Shown here: piece after piece, positions 1-12,184 of the stretch
Layout of the letters: the number at the start of each line of letters is the position of its first letter
Position numbering within the stretch: position 1 is the stretch's first letter
Source of the DNA: Bacteroidota bacterium
GTDB taxonomy: Bacteria; Bacteroidota; Bacteroidia; 2-12-FULL-35-15
Length of the DNA: 64,000 bases
Assembly: GCA_023251805.1 (NCBI GenBank)
Contig: JAHEYB010000001.1
Span: forward strand, 40,384-104,383
Direction: 5' to 3'
Program-made: the position numbers and the translations under genes
The notes under the pieces: generated by a model
Told to the model about the DNA's origin: nothing
Databases searched by the model: none
What the model saw: only the letters and a program-made list of their open reading frames with translations

Positions 1-30
1 TTCAAATATGTTTTTAAAAGTGTGCATCGA

Positions 31-160
31 TTTTTTTTCCGCAGATTCCGCATATTTGCGCAGACCTGTGTGTTTTATTATTTATTTTTTCTTTCAGAGT
101 TTAGTAGCCAAGTAATTTTATTTATTTTTCTGCGTGCATCCTCGAAATCTGCGAGACATT
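31..160. repeat. Two copies of the phased CGCAG/CTGYG triplet element (ccgcagattccgcatatttgcgcag; ctgcgtgcatcctcgaaatctgcgag)
   Basis: Read directly. Three CGCAG-type words spaced about 10-11 nt and flanked by T/A runs. Same family as the elements at 26886-27027, 28475-28508 and 63511-63549. Confidence 0.45.
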
Positions 161-161
161 T

Positions 162-932
162 TTATTCATTTAAAAAAGAAGTCAATGGACTTGATGCCAT
201 TGCATGATTTAATTGTTTTGCTAAGCTCGATTCGTAAGCGATTCTTCCAGCTTCTACTGCCATTTTAAATGCAGCAGCCATTGCCGATGGATTTCCTGCA
301 ATTGCAATAGCCGTGTTTACTAAAACTGCATCTGCTCCTAATTCCATTGCTTTTGCTGCATCGGACGGACTTCCAATTCCTGCATCAACAATTACTGGAA
401 CATTACTTTGTTCAATAATTATTTCTAAAAAGTCGATTGTTTTTAATCCTTTGTTTGTTCCAATTGGTGAACCCAATGGCATTACTGCTGCTGTTCCTGC
501 ATCTTCTAATCTTTTGCATAAAACTGGATCGGCATGAATATATGGCAATACAATAAATCCCATTTTTGCCAACTCTTCTGTTGCTTTTAATGTTTCAATT
601 GGGTCGGGCATTAAATATTTTGGGTCAGGATGAATTTCTAATTTCAACCAATTTGTTTCCAATGCTTCACGCGCTAATTGTGCTACAAAAATTGCTTCCT
701 TCGCATTTCTTGCTCCCGATGTGTTTGGCAGCAAATTAATATGTGGATGTTGCAAGTGCGACAATAAGTGATCTGTGTCCGTTTCTAAGTCTACTCGTTT
801 TAATGCCACTGTAACCAATTCCGAAGCAGATGCCAAGACAGCAGCTTCCATTTGCTTTGCGGAACCGAATTTCCCTGTTCCTAAAAACAAACGAGAAATA
901 AATTCTTTGTCTCCGATTTTAAGTGTTTGCAT
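162..932 (-). CDS. thiG: Thiazole synthase ThiG
   Basis: 256 aa. N-terminus [20 protein letters not shown] and the ..[12 protein letters not shown].. and [12 protein letters not shown] motifs are typical ThiG. Last gene of the thi operon in this window. Confidence 0.9.
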   Translation of the reverse strand: MQTLKIGDKEFISRLFLGTGKFGSAKQMEAAVLASASELVTVALKRVDLETDTDHLLSHLQHPHINLLPNTSGARNAKEAIFVAQLAREALETNWLKLEIHPDPKYLMPDPIETLKATEELAKMGFIVLPYIHADPVLCKRLEDAGTAAVMPLGSPIGTNKGLKTIDFLEIIIEQSNVPVIVDAGIGSPSDAAKAMELGADAVLVNTAIAIAGNPSAMAAAFKMAVEAGRIAYESSLAKQLNHAMASSPLTSFLNE

Positions 933-1548
933 GTAATTGATGATTTAATTGTCCAATTAATAATTTTTTATCCGAATGATTTGTAATAATTCCTGAAACT
1001 GCTATTCCGTAAATGCCTGTATTCATCAGTTCTGGAAGGTCTTCCAAAACAATTCCTCCAATTGCATAAATAGGAATAAATATGTTTTTGTTTTTTGATT
1101 CACTAATAATTTTAGAATAACCTTCTGTTCCTAAAATCGGGCTCAATTTTTCTTTGGTAGAAGTGAAGCGAAATGGCCCTAATCCCAGATAATCACATTT
1201 TTCTTCGATGCGTTTTAAAACATCTTGAAATGTATTCGCAGTTCCACCAATAATTTTGTTTCCCAATATATTTCTTGCTACAATAGGCGATTCATCACTT
1301 AATCCAAGATGAACCCCATCTGCATCAATTTGTTTCGCTAATTGAACATTGTCGTTAATGATAAAAGTAGCACCTTGTTTTTTGCAAAGTAGTTTTACTT
1401 TTTCTGCAGCGTCAAGCAATTCATTTTCTTTCGCATGCTTGAATCGTAATTGAATCCAATCACACCCCGCATCCAATGCTTGTTGAATGTTGTTGAGCTG
1501 TTCAGTAGCTGATTCTCCTTGTGATATGTATTGTAGTTTGCTATACAT
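919..1548 (-). CDS. thiE: Thiamine-phosphate synthase ThiE
   Basis: 209 aa TMP-TENI fold (..DWIQLR.K.., [19 protein letters not shown]). Overlaps thiG by 14 nt and thiD by 8 nt, consistent with translational coupling. Confidence 0.8.
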   Translation of the reverse strand: MYSKLQYISQGESATEQLNNIQQALDAGCDWIQLRFKHAKENELLDAAEKVKLLCKKQGATFIINDNVQLAKQIDADGVHLGLSDESPIVARNILGNKIIGGTANTFQDVLKRIEEKCDYLGLGPFRFTSTKEKLSPILGTEGYSKIISESKNKNIFIPIYAIGGIVLEDLPELMNTGIYGIAVSGIITNHSDKKLLIGQLNHQLHANT

Positions 1549-2293
1549 TGTGAAATCCCAATAATGATTTGTTACTATTTAAAAAGTGTTCAACATATTT
1601 TTTTGCCTCAACACAGGAAGTTTTTAAGTCCTGGCCCAATGCAATATTTGCTGTAATCGCAGCAGACAAGACACATCCGGAGCCGTGTTTTGCAGATAGA
1701 TTGTTTAATGTTGGCTTCAATTCAATACGCTCATCTTTCATATATAAATAATCGATACCAGTTTCTTTTTCATTGTGCCCGCCTTTCAACAATACATTGC
1801 AATGCTCTGAAAGTTGCTTTGCGGCTTCTTTTGAATCGACTGTATTGGTTAATAGTATTGCTTCCTGCATATTTGGCGTGATTAAATAAATATTCTTTAA
1901 AACGAAAATCAATTCTTTTTTATCAATCGTTTTCTGAAAATCAAATCCTGTACTCGATTTAATAATTGGATCAACAACAATTTTTATTTGAGAATTTTTG
2001 TTTTTAATATAGTGCACTAATTGCGACAAATATTCAAACGAAGGCACAATCCCGATTTTTATTACTTCAATAGAATACGAATTCAACATCACTTTTAGTG
2101 CATTTAAAACAGATTCTATTTTCTCCCATTGAATTGAATGAAATTTGTTTTCAGTCTGCAAGGTGTTGGCAGTGTTTATACTCAATCCATAAACCTTGTG
2201 TTGCTCAAATGTTTTTATGTCAGCGAGCAACCCGGCTCCGGCCGATGGATCAAATCCCGCAACGCTCAGTACACAAGTTGGTTCTTCAGCCAT
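1541..2293 (-). CDS. thiD: Hydroxymethylpyrimidine/phosphomethylpyrimidine kinase ThiD
   Basis: 250 aa. VLSVAGFDPSAGAGLLADIKTF N-terminus and the GSGCVLSAAI anion-hole motif of the ThiD/PdxK ribokinase family. Confidence 0.85.
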   Translation of the reverse strand: MAEEPTCVLSVAGFDPSAGAGLLADIKTFEQHKVYGLSINTANTLQTENKFHSIQWEKIESVLNALKVMLNSYSIEVIKIGIVPSFEYLSQLVHYIKNKNSQIKIVVDPIIKSSTGFDFQKTIDKKELIFVLKNIYLITPNMQEAILLTNTVDSKEAAKQLSEHCNVLLKGGHNEKETGIDYLYMKDERIELKPTLNNLSAKHGSGCVLSAAITANIALGQDLKTSCVEAKKYVEHFLNSNKSLLGFHNV

Positions 2294-2877
2294 GTTTCTT
2301 TTATTTGATTAAATTCTTCAACCGGGTTCTCGCTCTGCCAGATGGAACCTAACAAGGCAATTCCATTGAATCCCATTTTTTTTACAGTGGGGATAGAATG
2401 ATTATTGATTCCTCCCAACGCTATTATTTTTGTTTGTGTTTTTTCTCCCAGGATAAAATCATCTTTTACAATCGATTTACTTTCTTTTTTTGAAATACTG
2501 TTAAAAACCGGACCAAAAAAGCAGTAATCAAAATAGGAGGGTAGCTTTTTATATTCATCCATACTATGAATGGAAGTTGATAATATTTTTCCATTTGAAC
2601 GATGCTGTTCCAATTCAGGTACTCCGATTTTTTTTCTGCTTTCTTCCGTGAAATGAAATCGCGTAATCTCAAATTGTTCCGAAAGTTTATGGTGTTGATG
2701 CAAAGCAATCCTGTGATGAAATTTCGCATCTATTCTTAGTATGAGTTCTGCAACTTCATCAACCGATCCATTTGGTTTACGTAAGTGCAATACTTCCAAG
2801 CCATTTATAAAAAGACCATTTATGATCAAACTTTCGTTTACCACAAGACTTGGATTGGAAATAATACATAAACTCAT
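2266..2877 (-). CDS. Second ThiE/TenI-family protein (thiamine-phosphate synthase paralog)
   Basis: 203 aa with the same TMP-TENI architecture (LHLRKP.., GPVFNSISK, ALGGI). Divergent from the copy at 919-1548. I cannot tell ThiE from TenI-like tautomerase by eye. Confidence 0.6.
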   Translation of the reverse strand: MSLCIISNPSLVVNESLIINGLFINGLEVLHLRKPNGSVDEVAELILRIDAKFHHRIALHQHHKLSEQFEITRFHFTEESRKKIGVPELEQHRSNGKILSTSIHSMDEYKKLPSYFDYCFFGPVFNSISKKESKSIVKDDFILGEKTQTKIIALGGINNHSIPTVKKMGFNGIALLGSIWQSENPVEEFNQIKETWLKNQLVY

Positions 2878-3337
2878 TTCTTAAACGTATTGCTATTTTT
2901 AATTGATAACAACCATCCTTCAGCATCTGTTTGATTATTGAAAAATTTTGTTGGTATCTCAGGCTTATTGATTTTCAAATAAAAATTTGCTACTATTTGT
3001 TGCGCCATTGATTGTAAGACAAATGCAATTGCAACCCTTTGTTTTAAACCCTCTTCACTTGAAAGAAATTTTCTCGTCTCGTCATCTGCATTGGTATGCT
3101 TTCCGGGAACGTGCATAATATAAATTGGTTTCCCTTCATTAAATTCAGTGACCATAGTGTGGATTGGCTTTGATTCCGAAAGAGTAATCAGCCTGTCTTC
3201 TTCGGTATTTATCTGACATATCCCATCGCTTCGCAGACAAATCGAAGCAAATTCAAAATGGTGTTCCTTTAGAATGTGAACCCCTTCAGGAAATTTGAAC
3301 GGTATGATTTTTTTCTTTACCAAAATTGAAAATTTCA

Positions 3338-3338
<1 letters not shown>
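2874..3338 (-). CDS. Hypothetical protein embedded in the thi operon (possibly STAS/SpoIIAA-like fold)
   Basis: 154-aa ORF sharing stop/start boundaries with thiC (3338) and the ThiE paralog (2874-2877). No thiamine-pathway motif recognised. The C-terminal ..FFNNQTDAEGWL.. resembles STAS/DUF-type small proteins. Confidence 0.5.
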
Positions 3339-5420
<2,082 letters not shown>

Positions 5421-5464
5421 TCCGTAAAATTTTACTTTAGGAATGGTCGAGGATAGAAAACCAT

Positions 5465-5552
5465 TTACTTTTTCCTTCGTCAGTACTAACTGCATCAGGT
5501 TCAAAGGGTATTTCTCAGTTCTCCGATAAGCAGGAGGACACCCCTAAAGTGA
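5465..5552 (-). promoter_or_regulatory. TPP (THI-box) riboswitch controlling thiS-thiC-...-thiG
   Basis: The reverse complement reads GGGGTGTCC..CTTATCGGAGAACTGAGAAATACCCTTTGAACCTGATGCAGTTAGTACTGACGAAGGAAA. It contains the conserved CUGAGA and ACCCUUUGAACCUGAU..GUUA.UAC..CG.AGGGA cores of RF00059, directly upstream of thiS. Confidence 0.85.
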
Positions 5553-5645
5553 TATAAAGGTATAAAACTTTGGGTTGGAAATGAAATTTATAAAAGGAAT
5601 AGTTTTCAACAGAAAACCAGTTTGAATTTGGTCTTAATTCATGAT

Positions 5646-6137
5646 TCAGTTGCAAACATTGATGGTTTCTCCTGATGGAAGTGCGGAATCAAAGTTAGTT
5701 CCATTGAACTGGGAGCCAAAGTGGCAATTGCTGAGCTCTCCTCTCGAGCAATTATCGCGAATGATACAAATGCTGCCGGACAGTGAAAGATGTTGCCCAT
5801 TAATTGTTGTTGCTTCTACTGTGTAGGAATACTCTTTCTCTTTGGAATCTTTTCCATTAAAAGTGCCACTCCAGCCGACACTTAAGTTGCTTGTTTCAAA
5901 TAGAACTTTTCGATTGCGCTTAACGGTAAATGTTAAGGATGAGATGTTTTTAGTTAGAACATTTAAGACATCATTCACCCCGTCTCCATTTGGAGTAAAA
6001 ATATCTGGCACCGCAATCACGCAACTATCCACTGACGCAGTTTGTTCTGAACCAGAACAGCAATTTTTCGTATTTGTTTTATTACAACTGCTAAAAACAA
6101 TACAACTTAGCACGAATAGTGAGATGATATTTTTCAT
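5646..6137 (-). CDS. Small Cys-rich lipoprotein made almost entirely of a T9SS type-B (gliding-motility-associated, CHU_C-like) sorting domain
   Basis: 163 aa. Lipoprotein-like signal (..VFSSC) followed by the hallmark PDIFTPNGDGVNDVL motif of TIGR04131-type C-terminal domains. Confidence 0.55.
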   Translation of the reverse strand: MKNIISLFVLSCIVFSSCNKTNTKNCCSGSEQTASVDSCVIAVPDIFTPNGDGVNDVLNVLTKNISSLTFTVKRNRKVLFETSNLSVGWSGTFNGKDSKEKEYSYTVEATTINGQHLSLSGSICIIRDNCSRGELSNCHFGSQFNGTNFDSALPSGETINVCN

Positions 6138-6223
6138 GAGTTTATGATATTAAAAAGAGAGTAAGTGCTTTGTACGGCTTTAGTAAATATACAAAAATTT
6201 CAGAAAACAATTTTCTTTGCCTA

Positions 6224-6898
6224 CTACTGTTTCGACATTCGTTCATATCGAACACTATCTAAACGTTTTGTTTGAATTTTTCCATCAGGAAGAATGGTGT
6301 GCTCAAAATAGACTGAATCAAAAATAGAGGGCTTTTCAACAGAATCGGTACTCATTGTTTCAGTTAAAGAATAGTTGTAAAATGATTCGCCCTTAAAAAA
6401 ACTATGTGTTACTGGAGTGAGAGTAATAGAAGTTTCCGTTTCTGCAATAGGGCCACCATTTTCACCACCGTAGGCAATAATATGTGAAACAGGTTTTAGT
6501 GATTTGTCAAGTATAATATACAACAAAGCAGAATAATCATCACCATAGAGATAAATAGTAACAGGTGTAAACTCTCCAATCATTTTTTGTTTAGAAACAA
6601 AAAGAGCTTCCATATATTGAACAACATAATTCGAATCAATACCTATAATAGGCGCAATCAATCGCATTTTTTGTACACTATCCAATTTCATAAATTCTTT
6701 TTTTGCTGTGGAGTCAGTATAAACTTTTGTAAAATCTTTTGTGTCCCAAAATATGTTATCCAGGAACAGTGTGTTTTCAATATTTTGAAAAGCAAACAAA
6801 CTATCGGGTAATTGAAAACCATCTGTTGTTTGTTCTTCTTGATTGTTAGAACAAGAAAAAAGTGAAATGCTAATTAAAAAGTAGAAGATTTTTTTCAT
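6224..6898 (-). CDS. Hypothetical lipoprotein
   Basis: 224 aa with signal peptide and lipobox (ISLFSC). No recognisable catalytic motif. Confidence 0.5.
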   Translation of the reverse strand: MKKIFYFLISISLFSCSNNQEEQTTDGFQLPDSLFAFQNIENTLFLDNIFWDTKDFTKVYTDSTAKKEFMKLDSVQKMRLIAPIIGIDSNYVVQYMEALFVSKQKMIGEFTPVTIYLYGDDYSALLYIILDKSLKPVSHIIAYGGENGGPIAETETSITLTPVTHSFFKGESFYNYSLTETMSTDSVEKPSIFDSVYFEHTILPDGKIQTKRLDSVRYERMSKQ

Positions 6899-6921
6899 AG
6901 AAATTGTGTTTAGTAAAAATA

Positions 6922-6954
6922 GAAATAAAAAAGTCCCGAATTGCTTTCAGGACT
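6922..6954 (-). terminator. Probable intrinsic terminator after glmS
   Basis: The minus strand reads agtcctgaaagcaattcgggac followed by ttttttatttc. The stem is short (5+3 bp). Confidence 0.4.
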
Positions 6955-7003
6955 CTTATCGTATGAGATTGTTTCTCTTCGTTCGCAATGGCGCTCCGAA
7001 ATA

Positions 7004-8845
7004 TTATTCCACCGTAACTGATTTCGCCAAGTTTCTTGGTTGATCCACGTTACAGCCTCTCATCACAGCAATATGATAAGAAAGCAGTTGCAATGGAACA
7101 ACAGAAACTAATGGGACTAAAATTTCATCTGTCTCCGGAATTTCAATAGTGTAATCCGCCATCTCTTTCACTTGTGTGTCACCTTCGGTTACGATGGCAA
7201 TAATTTTTCCTTTACGGGCTTTTACTTCTTGAATATTGCTTACCACTTTTTCATACGAAGTTCCTTTTGTTGCAATAACAAAAACGGGCATCTCTTCATC
7301 AATTAAAGCAATTGGACCGTGTTTCATTTCTGCTGCAGGATATCCTTCGGCATGGATGTACGAAATTTCTTTTAATTTTAATGCGCCTTCTAAAGCAACA
7401 GGAAAAGTATATCCACGACCAAGATACAAGGCGTTGCTAACATTTTTATAAATATCTGCAATGTATTTTATTTGATCATTTGTTTTTAAAACGCGTTCTA
7501 CTTTTTCCGGAATAGCCTCCAACTCACTCAACAATTGATGAAAGCGGGAAGACGAAATCGTTCCTTTACGGTAAGCAATTCGCAAAGCCATCAAAGTTAA
7601 TACAGTTACTTGTGCAGTAAATGCTTTTGTAGAAGCTACACCAATTTCGGGTCCTGCGTGTGTATACGAACCTGCATGTGTTGCACGTGCAATGGACGAA
7701 CCTACCACATTACAAATTCCGATAATAGTTGCACCTTTTGATTTTGCTAATTCAATCGCTGCTAATGTATCTGCTGTTTCTCCTGATTGTGAAATAGCAA
7801 TCACTACATCGTCTTCATAAACAATAGGATTACGATAACGAAATTCAGAAGCATATTCCACCTCAACCGGAATGCGCGCCAAATCTTCAAATAAATATTC
7901 AGCCACCAATCCTGCATGCCAAGATGTTCCGCAAGCAATAAAGATGATTCGTTTTGCATTTAAAAATTTTTGTTCGTATTCGGTAATGCCTCCAAGATTC
8001 ACAACTCCTTCTGCTGAACTCAATCGACCACGCATACTGTCCTTGATAGAACGCGGTTGCTCGTAAATCTCCTTCAACATAAAATGGTCGTATCCGCCTT
8101 TTTCTAAGGCTTCTAATTTCATTTCCAATTCCTGAACATAAGGAGTTTTTACTTTATTCTTAATTGTTTTTAGCTTTAGTTCTTTTCCTCTTTCGATAAA
8201 CGCAATTTCTTCGTCTTCTAAGTACACTACATTTTTTGTGTATTCTACAATCGGTGTTGCATCGGATGCAATGTAAAATTCATCTTCACCAATTCCAATT
8301 ACCATCGGACTGCCTTTTTTTGCAGCGAACAATTCATCGGGATTATTTTTAGAAAGAATAACAATCGCATACGCACCCACTACCTGGTTTAATGCTATGC
8401 GTACAGCTTCGCCTAAGCGCACATTTTCTTTTTCTTGTATGTCTTCAATTAAGTGAATCAACACTTCTGTGTCGGTATCACTTAAAAAAACATGTCCTCG
8501 TTTAATTAATTCAGCTTTAAGTGGGGCATAGTTTTCAATGATTCCATTGTGAATCATCACCATATTTTTAGAAGCAGAATAATGTGGATGTGCATTTACA
8601 TCATTTGGAACACCGTGCGTTGCCCAACGAGTATGACCTATTCCAATGTTCCCGTTTTTATTTTTTTCGCCAATAAAATTGTGTAAGTCAACAACTTTCC
8701 CTTTGCATTTGTATACATTGAGTTCATTATTATCCACCATTGCTACTCCGGCACTGTCATAGCCTCTGTATTCAAGTCGTTGTAATCCTTTAATTAAAAA
8801 AGGATAAGCTTGTTTATTTCCGATATATGCAACTATTCCACACAT
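7004..8845 (-). CDS. glmS: Glutamine--fructose-6-phosphate aminotransferase GlmS
   Basis: 613 aa. MCGIVAYIG N-terminal nucleophile Cys2, two SIS domains, C-terminal ..NLAKSVTVE. Confidence 0.95.
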   Translation of the reverse strand: MCGIVAYIGNKQAYPFLIKGLQRLEYRGYDSAGVAMVDNNELNVYKCKGKVVDLHNFIGEKNKNGNIGIGHTRWATHGVPNDVNAHPHYSASKNMVMIHNGIIENYAPLKAELIKRGHVFLSDTDTEVLIHLIEDIQEKENVRLGEAVRIALNQVVGAYAIVILSKNNPDELFAAKKGSPMVIGIGEDEFYIASDATPIVEYTKNVVYLEDEEIAFIERGKELKLKTIKNKVKTPYVQELEMKLEALEKGGYDHFMLKEIYEQPRSIKDSMRGRLSSAEGVVNLGGITEYEQKFLNAKRIIFIACGTSWHAGLVAEYLFEDLARIPVEVEYASEFRYRNPIVYEDDVVIAISQSGETADTLAAIELAKSKGATIIGICNVVGSSIARATHAGSYTHAGPEIGVASTKAFTAQVTVLTLMALRIAYRKGTISSSRFHQLLSELEAIPEKVERVLKTNDQIKYIADIYKNVSNALYLGRGYTFPVALEGALKLKEISYIHAEGYPAAEMKHGPIALIDEEMPVFVIATKGTSYEKVVSNIQEVKARKGKIIAIVTEGDTQVKEMADYTIEIPETDEILVPLVSVVPLQLLSYHIAVMRGCNVDQPRNLAKSVTVE

Positions 8846-8848
8846 CTG

Positions 8849-10237
8849 TTAATGTAATTTTGTATAGGTTATGTTTAATTTCATTGGTCGTGTAGCACTA
8901 GTTGCTCCGCCAATTACAGCTCTGTTTGCATTTATTGCTCCGTTGGAAGCTAAAATATATAATCCATTATTATTTCTGTCGCCATCCATTACTTGTTGAA
9001 TGTAGCGTGCAATATTAAAATGATACTGAACGGTTCCTGAATTAAATGTTCCGCCAAAATAGTTGGAGCCTTCAAAAGCATCTGGAATAGCATACGTTGT
9101 TCCATCATCATTTATTCCGAATAAAATAAAAGCAGTAGGTGCAGCAAAAGTATCTAGATTGTATGTCGCAACACTCGTATCAACATTAATTATTAATTCT
9201 GCTTTGTTTATTCCAATCAATCCATTGCTCACCCAATTCATTAAATGCGGAAAAGTAATTTTTGTTCTTGGCCCGGCCATTCCTTCAATAAAAACAGTTG
9301 CGTTTTGTACAGGCGGACTTGCTCCCAATTGTGTAATAAGATTCGCATCTGCTCCTGTAAAATCGTGCGTGAAATGATTGAAGCGTGCAACACTTCCCAA
9401 ACTAAAATCATAGTTCAAAGAGTCTGCAGTAGTATTTCTATAGTATAATGTAATTTTAGATTCGCCCATTTTGAAATGAAGAATATTTCCTTCTTCTGCA
9501 GCTAATCCGGTTGTGTTTTCAGTTGTGATATAAATACCATTTAACAAGGTTTGAAAAGCTGTGTTACTCGAAAGGTTTCCGGCACTCCCATTATTTAATA
9601 ATAACTGGCCGAATGTCGGGTCTAGTTGTGCACGCAATTGTGCTTTTAAATTATCGCCTAAAACATTCACACTATCCAAGCTTCCAGGACGAGGTTTAAA
9701 AACATATCCACCTCCGGTAGTTAACTCCGTTCCATAAGTTAATGTAGAATTTGAATAATAAGTACTGGATGTACTCATTGTTTGCGTCACTTGATACACA
9801 TTTAATTTTTGATTTTTTCTATCTTTTTTACCATAAGCTGCCCCATCGTAAATCAACGAAAGCACAATTGAATCGCAAATCGGTCCTGTTCCAAAAGTAG
9901 TTGAAAGAATATTGCTTGGCAAACGCACTTGTGTATACATGGATGCAGTAGCAGTTCCAAAAACAGGGTCAATATATTTTCCAATCAAACCTACACCAGT
10001 TGAAATAAGTGTTTCATCGGTAATGAGTGAATCGCCTTTCACGGTTTGAGTTAAAATAGTGGTGGTATCTTGGTAGCCAACATTCAATAAATCGTTTTCG
10101 GGTTGTACATCTAATCCAACTACGCTCGACTCGTCACACGATGTCAAACAAATACTCACACAAAAAGGGAGTATAAAAAAAAATTTTGTCCCGATTGCTC
10201 GAGACAAAATTTGAGGTATGCTGTTCTGTATTTTCAT
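8849..10237 (-). CDS. DUF4270-family lipoprotein
   Basis: 462 aa, signal + Cys (LTSCDES). Size and position between glmS and the short glycogen-synthase-like gene match the conserved Bacteroidota arrangement for DUF4270. Confidence 0.6.
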   Translation of the reverse strand: MKIQNSIPQILSRAIGTKFFFILPFCVSICLTSCDESSVVGLDVQPENDLLNVGYQDTTTILTQTVKGDSLITDETLISTGVGLIGKYIDPVFGTATASMYTQVRLPSNILSTTFGTGPICDSIVLSLIYDGAAYGKKDRKNQKLNVYQVTQTMSTSSTYYSNSTLTYGTELTTGGGYVFKPRPGSLDSVNVLGDNLKAQLRAQLDPTFGQLLLNNGSAGNLSSNTAFQTLLNGIYITTENTTGLAAEEGNILHFKMGESKITLYYRNTTADSLNYDFSLGSVARFNHFTHDFTGADANLITQLGASPPVQNATVFIEGMAGPRTKITFPHLMNWVSNGLIGINKAELIINVDTSVATYNLDTFAAPTAFILFGINDDGTTYAIPDAFEGSNYFGGTFNSGTVQYHFNIARYIQQVMDGDRNNNGLYILASNGAINANRAVIGGATSATRPMKLNITYTKLH

Positions 10238-10246
10238 AAAAAAATT

Positions 10247-11083
10247 TTAGTCAACCATTTCTGCCACTTCTTCTAACACGGAATCATAAAATTCAGAATA
10301 AGCATCAATGTATTCGTTGTTATCACCGGAAACAAAATCCAAATATGGTTTGCCCGATTTTTTGATGTATTTTTCTACATCCGAATTAATTTTTGCACTT
10401 CCTTTAATGATACCATCTGCTAAATCTACAGCGGCCTTACTTATGTTTACAAAGGTAGGGTTTTTATAATGCTCTACATCGCCTTTTTCAATTCCTTCGT
10501 GAAGAACTTTTTTAGCGAAATCTTTGTGAAGAGGAGTAGTAAACTCATCATCATAAACCGAGTAAACAATTTTTGTTTCTGCAAACAAAGGGTTGTCTTT
10601 AAACGATTTTTTCAAATAAAGAGCAGTTAAACTTGTCATCCAACCATGAAGGTGAACAACATCAGGTGACCAGCCTAGTTTTTTAACTGTTTCGATAACA
10701 CCTCTGCAAAAGAAAATGGCACGTTCATCATTGTCGGCAAAAGAGTCTCCTTTTTTGTCGGTTAAAATGTGTTTACGCTCAAAATACTCTTGATTATCAA
10801 TAAAATAAACTTGCATACGTGCCGCCTGAATGGAAGCAACTTTAATAATTAATGGGTGATCGTTGTTATCAATAATTAAGTTCATTCCGGATAAACGAAT
10901 TACTTCGTGTAGCTGATTTCTTCTTTCATTAATGATTCCGAATTTTGGCATGAATAATCTAATTTCTTTGCCTCGTTCTTGTATTCCTTGTGGTAATTTT
11001 CGTCCGATAACACTCATAGGTGTTTCATCTAAATACGGGGTAACTTCTTGCGATACAAAAAGAACTCTAGCTTTCTTCTTCAT
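10247..11083 (-). CDS. Short glycogen/starch-synthase-like protein (N-terminal Glyco_transf_5 domain only)
   Basis: 278 aa. VLFVSQEVTPY.., HLHGWMT motifs of the GlgA N-terminal half. No C-terminal GT-B half is present. Confidence 0.65.
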   Translation of the reverse strand: MKKKARVLFVSQEVTPYLDETPMSVIGRKLPQGIQERGKEIRLFMPKFGIINERRNQLHEVIRLSGMNLIIDNNDHPLIIKVASIQAARMQVYFIDNQEYFERKHILTDKKGDSFADNDERAIFFCRGVIETVKKLGWSPDVVHLHGWMTSLTALYLKKSFKDNPLFAETKIVYSVYDDEFTTPLHKDFAKKVLHEGIEKGDVEHYKNPTFVNISKAAVDLADGIIKGSAKINSDVEKYIKKSGKPYLDFVSGDNNEYIDAYSEFYDSVLEEVAEMVD

Positions 11084-11237
11084 AAGATCGAATTAAGGTT
11101 AGGTTTTTAAAAAAGTATACAAAAGTAAGCAAAAATTTCCGTAATTTCAAAGTATTAATATTAGATTTGGCCTGTTTTGTCGGAAAAACAAGCCCATTAA
11201 TACTGATTTTGCTGCTTATTAACACTTTTTGGCTCCC

Positions 11238-12125
11238 ATGATTATTTTTAATTCAATAGAACAACTTCAAAATCACTTAAATAGTATACGAAACCAGAAA
11301 AAAAGTGTTGGCTTTGTTCCAACTATGGGAGCGCTTCATCAAGGGCATATCTCATTGATTAACAGAGCAAAAGCTGATTCTGACGTGGTTGTATGTAGCA
11401 TTTTTGTCAATCCAACTCAATTTAATGATCTTTCTGACCTAGACAAGTATCCTAGAACTTTAGCGGCTGATTGCCAGCTACTTGAAAAGGCAAATTGCGA
11501 TATTGTATTCGCTCCGGAAGTAACAGAAATGTACACCGAAGCTGAATTAGACCTCAAAAAACAAAAAATAGAGGATAAAAGCTGGACTTTAGGCAAACAA
11601 GTGGATTTTGGAATGCTTGAAACTGTAATGGAAGGTGCCCAGCGTCCAGGTCACTTTAATGGTGTAGCTCAGGTAGTTAGCAAACTTTTTAGAATCGTAA
11701 GTCCTGATAAAGCGTATTTCGGACAAAAAGACTTTCAGCAATTAGCTATTATAAGGAGTATGACCAAACAATTGGAAATGCCCATCCAAATTATTGCTTG
11801 TGACATTATTCGCGAACCCAACGGCTTGGCAATGAGTTCTAGAAACGAGCGATTGACAAAAGAAGAAAGAAGTTTAGCTGCTATTATTTCTCAAACATTA
11901 TATACTATAAAGCAAGAGTACCTTTCAAAATCGGTTGGAGTTTTAAAGCAAGAAGCATTGCAGAACATTCAAACTGTTCCAGCCATCACCATGGAATACA
12001 TCGAAATTTCAGATTCCGATTCATTGCAAGCCATCAGTGATTTTAAACAAAGCAAAAGTGCTGTTGTTTGTATTGCCGTTAAATTGGGGGCCGTGCGGTT
12101 GATTGATAATGTGGTTTTGTACTAA
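11238..12125 (+). CDS. panC: Pantoate--beta-alanine ligase PanC
   Basis: VGFVPTMGALHQGHISL (HIGH-type) motif and MSSRN motif. ATG at 11238 is preferred over the TTG at 11229. Confidence 0.9.
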   Translation: MIIFNSIEQLQNHLNSIRNQKKSVGFVPTMGALHQGHISLINRAKADSDVVVCSIFVNPTQFNDLSDLDKYPRTLAADCQLLEKANCDIVFAPEVTEMYTEAELDLKKQKIEDKSWTLGKQVDFGMLETVMEGAQRPGHFNGVAQVVSKLFRIVSPDKAYFGQKDFQQLAIIRSMTKQLEMPIQIIACDIIREPNGLAMSSRNERLTKEERSLAAIISQTLYTIKQEYLSKSVGVLKQEALQNIQTVPAITMEYIEISDSDSLQAISDFKQSKSAVVCIAVKLGAVRLIDNVVLY

Positions 12126-12184
12126 TTAGGCAGTTTCTGAATAATAGTAACTCTGTGTGATTCATATAGTCTGATGTTTATTAG

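Noticed and set aside
22-207. 61-aa ORF at the window start
   Set aside because: It lies entirely in the repeat-rich spacer downstream of thiG and overlaps the thiG 3' end. Its composition is just translated CGCAG/T-run repeats.
5421-5504. Longer (96-aa) ThiS reading frame from the ORF track
   Set aside because: The extra 28 codons overlap the 3' part of the TPP riboswitch aptamer and expression platform. ThiS proteins are about 66-70 aa, and an internal ATG gives exactly that.
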